Assembly: GCA_965277305.1 (NCBI GenBank)
Contig: CBDICH010000005.1
Span: 368,671-432,670, forward strand
DNA length: 64,000 nucleotides
DNA from: Nakamurella sp.
GTDB lineage: Bacteria > Actinomycetota > Actinomycetes > Mycobacteriales > Nakamurellaceae
Direction: 5' to 3'
Part shown: one piece after another, positions 53,840-61,556 of the stretch
How the letters are laid out: each line of letters opens with the position of its first letter
How positions within the stretch are numbered: the stretch's first letter is position 1
The notes under the pieces: generated by a model
What the model saw: the letters and a program-made list of their open reading frames with translations, nothing else
Database searches by the model: none
Told to the model about the DNA's origin: nothing
Translations under genes and position numbers: made by a program

Positions 53840-54184
53840 GTGGCGTTCGGCCGCCGGGCGGCCTCCACCCTCTCTGAGAAATCAGACGAGCCGGCGGCTT
53901 CCCGGGAAGAAGAACCCGAGAGATCCGGTCTGCTCGTTTGCGTGGTCGGTTCGGTGGTCCCGCCCGCTACCCACCGAAATCGCGGCCCGGGACGAACCCC
54001 GAGCACGTTCAACTGCGGCGAGATCGCAGTACGCGACCATTGCGTTGAGCGTACCGCGCACCGGATTGGTTCCCGGCGCCTTCAGCGCAGGGCGTGATCA
54101 GGGGTTCCGCACACGTGACAGAGGCTCGACCGACCGCTGGCAGACGCCCGGGCGAGGCCCTTCCCGGAAGCGATCCCGGCGACC

Positions 54185-54829
54185 TCAGCTGTACATGTGC
54201 TCGCCGAGCAGGCCGACGAACGGCAGGTCCCGGTAACGCTCGTTGAAGTCGAGCCCGTACCCGACGACGAAATCCGTCGGGATGTCGAAACCGACATAGC
54301 CGACCTCGACCTCGACCTTGACGGCCTCCGGTTTGCGGAGCAGGGCGACGATCTCGATCGAGGCAGGGCCCCGGGTCTGCAGGTTCTTCTGCAGCCAGGA
54401 CAGGGTCAGACCGGAATCGATGATGTCCTCGACGATGATCACCCGCCGGCCGGTGATGTCCCGGTCGAGATCCTTGAGGATGCGCACCACTCCCGACGAG
54501 GAGGTGGCCGATCCGTAGGAACTGACCGCCATGAACTCGAGCTCGGACGGGATGGGTAGGGCCCTGGCGAAGTCGGTGACAAACATCACCGCTCCCTTGA
54601 GCACGCAGACGAGCAGCGGAGGCACGTCGCCGATGTGGTTGGCCGCGACCGCGGCCGCCAGCGCGGTGATCTTGGCCTGCAACACTTCCTCGGTGATCAG
54701 GGTGGCGGCGATCTCGCCCAGATATCCGTGGCCCAGACCCGGATCCGGATCCTCAGGACCTGGCCTGACGGCGTCCGCCGAGGTGAGGATGGTGGTCAGC
54801 GGCTCTGGACTGATCGGGTTGCCCGACAC
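54185..54829 (-). CDS. hpt: Hypoxanthine phosphoribosyltransferase (start uncertain)
   Basis: VLKGA, VEDIIDSGLTL, FVVGYGLD. Confidence 0.94.
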   Translation of the reverse strand: MSGNPISPEPLTTILTSADAVRPGPEDPDPGLGHGYLGEIAATLITEEVLQAKITALAAAVAANHIGDVPPLLVCVLKGAVMFVTDFARALPIPSELEFMAVSSYGSATSSSGVVRILKDLDRDITGRRVIIVEDIIDSGLTLSWLQKNLQTRGPASIEIVALLRKPEAVKVEVEVGYVGFDIPTDFVVGYGLDFNERYRDLPFVGLLGEHMYS

Positions 54830-54972
54830 GAGTCTCCCAAGAATTCTGGTCCGCACCCGAGTGCTCTGGGTCGAAACCGGCGGATGTTTGCGCCGCATCC
54901 CGGCGACAGAGGCCAGCCTGCCATCCCGGCCTGGTGACGTCCATCCCGGCCCCGGGAGCCCTGGGATCGACG

Positions 54973-55920
54973 TCAGGGCCGGGCGGCCGGCATCGCATGC
55001 AGCATGGCCCCGGTGCGGACCGCATCCATCGCGCCGGGCAGCCGCACCGCCCCACTCCGATTGCTGCCGGTGGCCAGCGAATCCAGTCGGAGGAGGTGGT
55101 CGGCCGTCAGGGCCTTCGCACCGATCGCACCGGCCCAGACACGGAGTGCCCGCCGGCGGAGCGCGACGGGGTGGCCGGCCAACGCAGCCAGATCCACACC
55201 GCCGCCCGCCTGCCACACCTCGGCCAGCACCCTCGCGGCCAGGTAGTCGAGTGCTTCCAGGTCTTCGGCCAACATCTGTGCGGTGCGGGCCAGGGCCGGG
55301 GTCACACCCCCACCCAGCACGTCGTCCAGGAGCGGCATCACCTCGCGGCGCAGGCGCACCCTGGTGAACGCCGGATCGACATTGTGTGGGTCATCCCAGA
55401 ACTCGATACCTGTTTCACGACAAGCATTCTCGGTGTCGGCCCGGCGCAGTTCGAGCAAGGGTCGACCCCACGGACGGCGCCAGGGCGTCATTCCGGCGAT
55501 GGATCGCGGACCGGACCCGCGGCCGAGTCCGAGCAGCACCGTCTCGGCCTGGTCGTCCGCGGTGTGGGCGAGCAGCACCACACCGCCCCCTTCCGGGCGC
55601 AGGGTCTGGTACCGCGCCGCCCTGGCCGCGGCTTCGGTCCCACCCTGGGTGCCCACGGTGACCGTGTCGATGCGGACCGTCCGGTATCCGATCTCGTGCA
55701 ACTGCCGTGCCGTGTGCAGCGCACGGTCCGCGGAGCCGGTCTGGAGCTGGTGATCGACGGTGACCGCGGACAATCGGGATTCCTCGATGGCACCGAAGGC
55801 CCCGATGGCCAGGGCCAAGGAGTCGGCCCCGCCCGAGCACGCCACGATGATCCGGGCCCCAGGGTCGGCATGAGCAGCCATCCACGAGCTCACCGCCTCC
55901 CGAACCGACCGCACGGTCAC
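54973..55920 (-). CDS. tilS: tRNA(Ile)-lysidine synthetase
   Basis: SGGADS, AHTADDQAET, RPLL; GTGA overlap at 55917-55920. Confidence 0.93.
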   Translation of the reverse strand: MTVRSVREAVSSWMAAHADPGARIIVACSGGADSLALAIGAFGAIEESRLSAVTVDHQLQTGSADRALHTARQLHEIGYRTVRIDTVTVGTQGGTEAAARAARYQTLRPEGGGVVLLAHTADDQAETVLLGLGRGSGPRSIAGMTPWRRPWGRPLLELRRADTENACRETGIEFWDDPHNVDPAFTRVRLRREVMPLLDDVLGGGVTPALARTAQMLAEDLEALDYLAARVLAEVWQAGGGVDLAALAGHPVALRRRALRVWAGAIGAKALTADHLLRLDSLATGSNRSGAVRLPGAMDAVRTGAMLHAMPAARP

Positions 55921-56969
55921 TGCAGGACCCGGCGCATCCAGGCCTGCGGATCGGTGGTCTCCGCCCTGGTCGGGAGCGTTTCCGGCGAGGTCCAGATGGT
56001 GTTGAACGCGTCCATGCCCACCTTGTCGACCACATCGCCGACGAAGGCAGCGCCCTTGACGTACTGGGCGAGTTTCATGTCCATCCCCAACAGGGAGCGG
56101 AGGATCCGATCGAACGGACCGCGACCACGCTTGCGGCGGACGGTGAACGACTTCCGGATCTCGGCCACAGAAGGGATGACGGTGGGGCCCACCGCATCCA
56201 TCACGTGGTCGGCGTGTCCCTCCAGCAGGGTCATCAGAGCCATCAGCTGGTCGAAGACCGCGCGCTGCTCCGGGGTCTGGATGGTCTCGATCCACGACCT
56301 CGGGCCGGATTCACCGCGCCGCCCGGTCACCGCCGAGACCAGCCGACCCAGCAACTCACCGGCATCCGTGTCGGCGGCTGCGCCGAACTCGGCCACCAGT
56401 GACTGGAAATGCTCGCGCAACCACGGCACCGCCGTGAACTGCAGCCGGTGGGTGCTCTCGTGCAGGCACACCCACATCCGGAAATCGACGGGGTCGGCGG
56501 ACAGCTCGCGCTCGACCTTGATGATGTTGGGCGCCACCAGCAGCAACCGCCCGCGTACCGACGGGTCCGATGCCGTCGGGCCGGCGGGACTGAGCGGGTC
56601 GTACTGACCGAGCACCCGGCTGGACAGAAAGCTGAGCACCACCCCGAGTTGCGCACCGGCCGCTGCCCTCGCCTTCGGTCCCTGACCCACCTTGTCGGCC
56701 AGCTTCGCCGCCAGCGGGGCGGTCAACTCGGCCATGCCCTGGGCGGTGGCCTCGATCCACCGTGGGCGATCGACGATCTGGGCTTCCTCGACCGGCAACC
56801 CGTGACCGAGCCCGGTGGTGTCCCGGACGATCAACTCCGCCTTGGCCGAGAACTGTTGCAGATCGACGACCGCGGCCTTTGCCTGTTCTGGTGAAACGCT
56901 CGGTCCGATGGGGGCCAACCGTTGCCCGGCGCGGACAGCGGCGGCCCAGTCGATCGCTTCGGCAGCCAT
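55917..56969 (-). CDS. Zinc-dependent metalloprotease (Rv3626c-like)
   Basis: VLGQYDP, LHESTH (HExxH), LLEGHAD. Confidence 0.9.
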   Translation of the reverse strand: MAAEAIDWAAAVRAGQRLAPIGPSVSPEQAKAAVVDLQQFSAKAELIVRDTTGLGHGLPVEEAQIVDRPRWIEATAQGMAELTAPLAAKLADKVGQGPKARAAAGAQLGVVLSFLSSRVLGQYDPLSPAGPTASDPSVRGRLLLVAPNIIKVERELSADPVDFRMWVCLHESTHRLQFTAVPWLREHFQSLVAEFGAAADTDAGELLGRLVSAVTGRRGESGPRSWIETIQTPEQRAVFDQLMALMTLLEGHADHVMDAVGPTVIPSVAEIRKSFTVRRKRGRGPFDRILRSLLGMDMKLAQYVKGAAFVGDVVDKVGMDAFNTIWTSPETLPTRAETTDPQAWMRRVLQ

Positions 56970-57010
56970 GCCGACAACGGTAGTGCAACCCCGTCCCGGA
57001 CCGGCCCGGC

Positions 57011-58432
57011 TCAGCTACAGCCGCAGGTCCGGAGCGCGGCTGCGAAGACATCCTGGGCGTTCAGCGATTTGCCGGCAGTGACACCGTTGGAGTTGAGTGC
57101 GAAGACGAGAAGCCGACCGTCGACGTCGGGGACGTACCCGGCGAGCGCATAGGTGACGTCGACCTTCCCGGTCTTGGCTCGCACCCAGCCCACTCCCGCC
57201 TTGGCGGCCGGCGTCTGGAACCGACCCTCGGCCTTGCTCAGGGTGCCGGACACCCCGGCCACCGGAAGTCCGCTGAGCAGTCCACGCAGGGCCGGAACCT
57301 TCCCGGTGACCGCCAGCGCCATCACCTGGGCCAGCAGCGAGGTCGGGGCCAGGTCCTTGTGCGACAGGCCTGATCCGTCCGCCATCACCAGCCCGATGGT
57401 GTCGAGCTTCAGATCCTGCAGCGCGATCACCGTCGCCTGCGACGCCCCGTCGAAACTCGGCGCGCCGCCGAGCGCGATCGCAACCTGCCGGGCCAACGCC
57501 TCGGCTAGCACATTGTCGGAATTGAGGAGCGCCTGGGACAGCAGCACGGACATCGGCTGCGACTGGACGGTGGCCAGCACCTTCTCGTCCTTCGTCGCGG
57601 TGCCCTCGGTGACCGGGATGTCGGGGTTGCCGAGGGCACGGGCCAGCGCCGTCCCGGCATTGATCGCCGGACGCCCGGTCCGTGACGAGTTCTCGTTCGA
57701 CGGATCCTTTCTGTCGCCGTCCACCATCAGTGCCTGCATGTGGGTGACGAAGCCCGCCGGTATGTCCCCGGCGTCCCAGCCGTCGGCCAGGTCCGGGCCG
57801 GTCCAGTAGCTGGTGTCGACCAGGATGCGTTTGACCTGGTAGCCGGACGCGACGATCTGGGCGGCCAGATCTGCCACCGTCGGGGCTCCGTCGTAGACGG
57901 TGTTCACGCCGGCCGCCCGCGCCGACAGCGTGACGTCGCCACCGCCGACGAAGACGATGTCTCCACTCTGTGGCCCCTGGACGACCTTGGTGGTGAAACG
58001 GCTGTCGGGGTTGACCTTCGTCAGCAGCGCCGCACCGGTGAGCAGTTTCATGGTGGAGGCCGGCTGCGACGGGGTCGAGGACTTGACGTTCCACATCACC
58101 TTGCCGGTAGCGGCGTCGATGACCTCACCCGTGTACTGGGCCAGTCCCGGGTTGGCCAGCGCCGGAGCCAGGATCTTGGCCACGCCGGCCGGTGTCGGAG
58201 CTTTGCCGGCAGTCACCGGCAGTGGCGTGATCTTCGCCGCGGCGGCCACCACCGGCGGGTCGACGGCGGAGATCGTCGGGGGCGCCACCACCGAACTGAC
58301 GGACGAATTCGATGCCGTCGAGGACGTGGACTTCGGCCAGAACAGCACAGCGGCCGTCGCAGCCACCGCTACCAGCACCACGCACAGCACGGCGATCATC
58401 GCCTTGCGGCCACCAGAGCGGTTCCCTGCCAC
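57011..58432 (-). CDS. dacB: D-Ala-D-Ala carboxypeptidase/endopeptidase (peptidase S13)
   Basis: PASTMK (SxxK), SDN, KTG; N-terminal TM helix. Confidence 0.93.
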   Translation of the reverse strand: MAGNRSGGRKAMIAVLCVVLVAVAATAAVLFWPKSTSSTASNSSVSSVVAPPTISAVDPPVVAAAAKITPLPVTAGKAPTPAGVAKILAPALANPGLAQYTGEVIDAATGKVMWNVKSSTPSQPASTMKLLTGAALLTKVNPDSRFTTKVVQGPQSGDIVFVGGGDVTLSARAAGVNTVYDGAPTVADLAAQIVASGYQVKRILVDTSYWTGPDLADGWDAGDIPAGFVTHMQALMVDGDRKDPSNENSSRTGRPAINAGTALARALGNPDIPVTEGTATKDEKVLATVQSQPMSVLLSQALLNSDNVLAEALARQVAIALGGAPSFDGASQATVIALQDLKLDTIGLVMADGSGLSHKDLAPTSLLAQVMALAVTGKVPALRGLLSGLPVAGVSGTLSKAEGRFQTPAAKAGVGWVRAKTGKVDVTYALAGYVPDVDGRLLVFALNSNGVTAGKSLNAQDVFAAALRTCGCS

Positions 58433-58740
58433 AACACTCCCTATGGCGCTCGGCGCCGTCGCACGCTGTCGTCGGATGAGCCTGGGAACGAGCGACGACG
58501 CACATCCGATGTGATCGACACCTCGCCCCCGAAGGGGGCGCGACCAGGTCACACCGGCCCGTCGGACTCGGGCTCCAGACTAGAGTCTTTGTGTAGGCAG
58601 TTTGTGAAGCGGCGCCCGAAGGGCGGGATCGTTCACCGGTCGGCGCGCTGAAATCGCCTCCACGAAGGCAGTTACGATCATCCGACCGGCGGTGTTCGAC
58701 CCCGGGGTCGATCGCAACGAGGCGAGAGAAGGTACAGACG

Positions 58741-59274
58741 GTGGAATTCGACGTCACGATCGAGATTCCGAAGGGCAGCAGGAACAAGTACGAGGTCGAC
58801 CACGCCAGCGGTCGCATCCGGCTGGACCGAACGCTGTTCACCGCGACGCAGTACCCGGCGGACTATGGATTCATCGACAACACCCTGGGGCAGGACGGCG
58901 ATCCGCTGGACGCCCTGGTCCTTCTGTCCGAGCCGACTTTTCCCGGCTGTCTCATCCTGGCCCGCGCCATCGGGATGTTCCGGATGACGGACGAGAAGGG
59001 CCCGGACGACAAGGTGCTCTGCGTGTCGGCCAACGATCCGCGGCAGGCGAATCTGCAGGATATCGGCGACATGTCGATCTTCGAGCGGCTCGAGATCCAG
59101 CACTTCTTCGAGGTCTACAAGGACCTAGAACCTGGCAAGAGTGTCGAAGGCGCGAACTGGGTCGGCCGGGGTGATGCCGAGACCGAGATCCGGATCTCCT
59201 ACGGCCGTGAGGTCAAGCGGCTGGCCGCTGAGGCCGAAGCGGCAGCGAACGGCGAGCCGGCACCCGGTCACTAG
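58741..59274 (+). CDS. ppa: Inorganic pyrophosphatase
   Basis: [26 protein letters not shown]. Confidence 0.96.
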   Translation: MEFDVTIEIPKGSRNKYEVDHASGRIRLDRTLFTATQYPADYGFIDNTLGQDGDPLDALVLLSEPTFPGCLILARAIGMFRMTDEKGPDDKVLCVSANDPRQANLQDIGDMSIFERLEIQHFFEVYKDLEPGKSVEGANWVGRGDAETEIRISYGREVKRLAAEAEAAANGEPAPGH

Positions 59275-59278
59275 TCGT

Positions 59279-59323
59279 CCGATCTCTACTTTGTTTCGGC
59301 CGACCTCTACTTTGTTCGACCTC
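59279..59323. repeat. About 21-bp imperfect tandem repeat containing CTCTACTTTGTT x2
   Basis: Copies at 59279 and 59300, just after the ppa stop. Confidence 0.8.
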
Positions 59324-59367
59324 CGTACGGTCACCGGGTCAGTGACGGCAGCGGCGAGAGATGCCGT

Positions 59368-59682
59368 CTACCAGCGAGAGCCGCGCTGCACCTCGCGCAA
59401 TTTCGGCCTGACGTCGAGCAGGTAGACAAGGTCTCCGACCAGGGCCGCCAGCCAGAGCAGACCCAGCACGCCGAACGGTCCGGCGACCAGCACTCCGAGA
59501 ACCGAGACCACGGCGCACGCCGCCGTGATCCCGCTCCACGTGCCCTTGGTCTGCTTGTCGGCGGCGGCGTAGGCGTCCGGACGTCGGGATCCGGCGTCGA
59601 TTGCGGCGAACACGCCCAGCAGGGCGCTGCCGATCGCCAGGGCGAGAGTGATCGCCGTGATGATCGGGGTCACGAAGTTCAT
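59368..59682 (-). CDS. DUF2516-family membrane protein
   Basis: RRPDAYAAADKQTK, VYLLDVRPKL. Confidence 0.9.
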   Translation of the reverse strand: MNFVTPIITAITLALAIGSALLGVFAAIDAGSRRPDAYAAADKQTKGTWSGITAACAVVSVLGVLVAGPFGVLGLLWLAALVGDLVYLLDVRPKLREVQRGSRW

Positions 59683-59787
59683 GCCGTCCAGAATACGTGC
59701 GCATCCGGACGGCCGAAACGAAATCGCCGGGGACGTTCGGTCGACGCCCGTCGCCCGGCGGGTTACCGGGTCACGCGAGAACGGCGG

Positions 59788-60831
59788 TCAGTCCTCGTCG
59801 TGCTTCACGTGCGCTCCGGGCGGAACGACGTGCGACGGATCCACGGCGTCGGGATCCGCGGATTCCGTTGTCTCGGCGGGAGTCCGACGAGAGATCGGCG
59901 TCGGTTCGGTGACCTTGGCGGCCGGCTTCGACTTGGCCGACGGGGCCACGTCGGCCGGTTCGGCCGACGTGTCCGCCATTGCGGCGGCCGTGTCTGTGAT
60001 GGTCTCAGCAGCTTCGCGCGCATTCTCGGCAGCCGCACCGGCGGTTGCGGCTGCACCGTCGGAAGCCGCGGCCGCAGTTGCCGACGGGCCCGCCGCCGAC
60101 TTCGCCGGGCGTGCCTTGGCGGCCACTGCGTCGACGATGGCGCCGGGATGGAGACCGATGGTACGAGCCTTCGTCCAGCTCTTGTCCCCTCGCTCGGCGA
60201 GCTTCCCGTAGATCATGCCGACGAGCTGGGTGTAGGCCTCGATCGTCTCCTTGATGGCGTCGGGCGACAGCGACTTCGCCGCGGCCTGGAACTCGGCCAG
60301 CCGACCGGGGAGCTGGGCGATCAGGTCCTGGGCCTTGCCTGGTGCGTCGGCGGCGAACTGCTCGATGTTGCCCGCCACGTCGGCGGCCACCTGCTGAGCC
60401 TTCGACGGGAGGTCCGCGGCGACCTGCTGCGCCTTGGCCGGCAGGTCGGCCGCGGCTTTCTGGGCTTTACCAGGCAGATCGGCCGCCAACTGCTGAGCCT
60501 TCCCCGGCAGATCGGCGGCGGCCTTCTGGGCTCTTCCCTGGAGATCGGCCGCCACCTGCTGGGCTCTGCCCGGCAGATCGGCCGCGGCCTTCTGTGCCCG
60601 GCCCGGCAGGTCGGTCACCGTAGCCCGCACGTCCTTGACGTCCAGTGGAGTGCCGGCAACCCGTTCGCCCACCGAGCTCTCGACCTGCTCGCGCAACTCG
60701 GCGAGACGTTCGATGGCCATGTCACCCGCACCGATCGCGGCCAGGAGCGGGCGCGGAAGGTCGGCGAAGCGGGCGGCGACCTGCTCGATGGCATTGTCGG
60801 ACACCGCGCGGAGATCGGTGATCAAGGACAT
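59788..60831 (-). CDS. HBHA/TadA(MLDS)-like protein with expanded 11-residue repeats
   Basis: PLLAAIGAGDMA and YGKLAERG HBHA-type motifs; lies between an XRE regulator and DUF2516 as in the Rv0474-hbhA-Rv0476 order. Confidence 0.8.
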   Translation of the reverse strand: MSLITDLRAVSDNAIEQVAARFADLPRPLLAAIGAGDMAIERLAELREQVESSVGERVAGTPLDVKDVRATVTDLPGRAQKAAADLPGRAQQVAADLQGRAQKAAADLPGKAQQLAADLPGKAQKAAADLPAKAQQVAADLPSKAQQVAADVAGNIEQFAADAPGKAQDLIAQLPGRLAEFQAAAKSLSPDAIKETIEAYTQLVGMIYGKLAERGDKSWTKARTIGLHPGAIVDAVAAKARPAKSAAGPSATAAAASDGAAATAGAAAENAREAAETITDTAAAMADTSAEPADVAPSAKSKPAAKVTEPTPISRRTPAETTESADPDAVDPSHVVPPGAHVKHDED

Positions 60832-60878
60832 TTTCTGTTTCCTTTCGGCCGACGCCGGGTGGGCGCGGGCGCTGGTTG

Positions 60879-61334
60879 TCAGCTGCTCGGGGGCTGGGTG
60901 TTCTTCGGTGACCTGGTGGGTGCCGACGTTCTCGTCGAACTCGCCACCGGCGGCTCGGTGGGAACTGGAGCGACGTCGGATTGCGCCTCCTTGCGGAAGG
61001 CCGAATAGATGTCGATCAGAGACGACTTCTGCCGTTCGGTGAGCACGTCGTCCGTCCGGATGGCCCGCACTACCTCCGGCGCATCGGCCGACTCCAGAAT
61101 TCCGGCTCGCGCGAGCAACGACTCCACGGAGATCGAGAGGCCGTGGGCGATCTGGGCCAGGATCTCCGCGCTCGGCCGCCGCAGCCCGCGTTCGACCTGG
61201 GAAAGGTAGGGATTGGAGACGCCCGCCTTCGCGGCCAGCCCGCGGAGCGAGATCTGGGCGCTCGTGCGTTGGTCCCGGATATAGGTGCCGATATCTTTGA
61301 CCGGAGTCAGCACCGGACTGAGATCCATTGCCAT
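60879..61334 (-). CDS. XRE-family HTH regulator (Rv0474/MLDSR-like)
   Basis: DIGTYIRDQR...GVSNPYLSQVERGLRRPSAEIL...LTERQK. Confidence 0.9.
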   Translation of the reverse strand: MAMDLSPVLTPVKDIGTYIRDQRTSAQISLRGLAAKAGVSNPYLSQVERGLRRPSAEILAQIAHGLSISVESLLARAGILESADAPEVVRAIRTDDVLTERQKSSLIDIYSAFRKEAQSDVAPVPTEPPVASSTRTSAPTRSPKNTQPPSS

Positions 61335-61419
61335 CACTCCTGTCTGCACACTCATCTCGGCGACCTCGACCGACCACCGGCGGGCTGGCCGTCCGGCGTA
61401 CGCCACGCTAGTCAGCGCC

Positions 61420-61435
61420 GCTTGCAATTGCAAGC
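61420..61435. promoter_or_regulatory. Perfect 16-bp palindrome GCTTGCAATTGCAAGC, candidate operator of the XRE regulator
   Basis: Self-complementary; sits 9 bp upstream of a minus-strand TAGCGT -10-like hexamer (61405-61410). Confidence 0.65.
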
Positions 61436-61556
61436 GACCAGCTAACGCGGCCCGACCTCGGCCGTGAGAGCCTTGCACTGTCCAGGAACACCGCATCCGC
61501 TCGGGTGCTCCTGGTCGGGCGCGGTCCCGCGCCGGCGAACGACCAGGGAGATCGTC

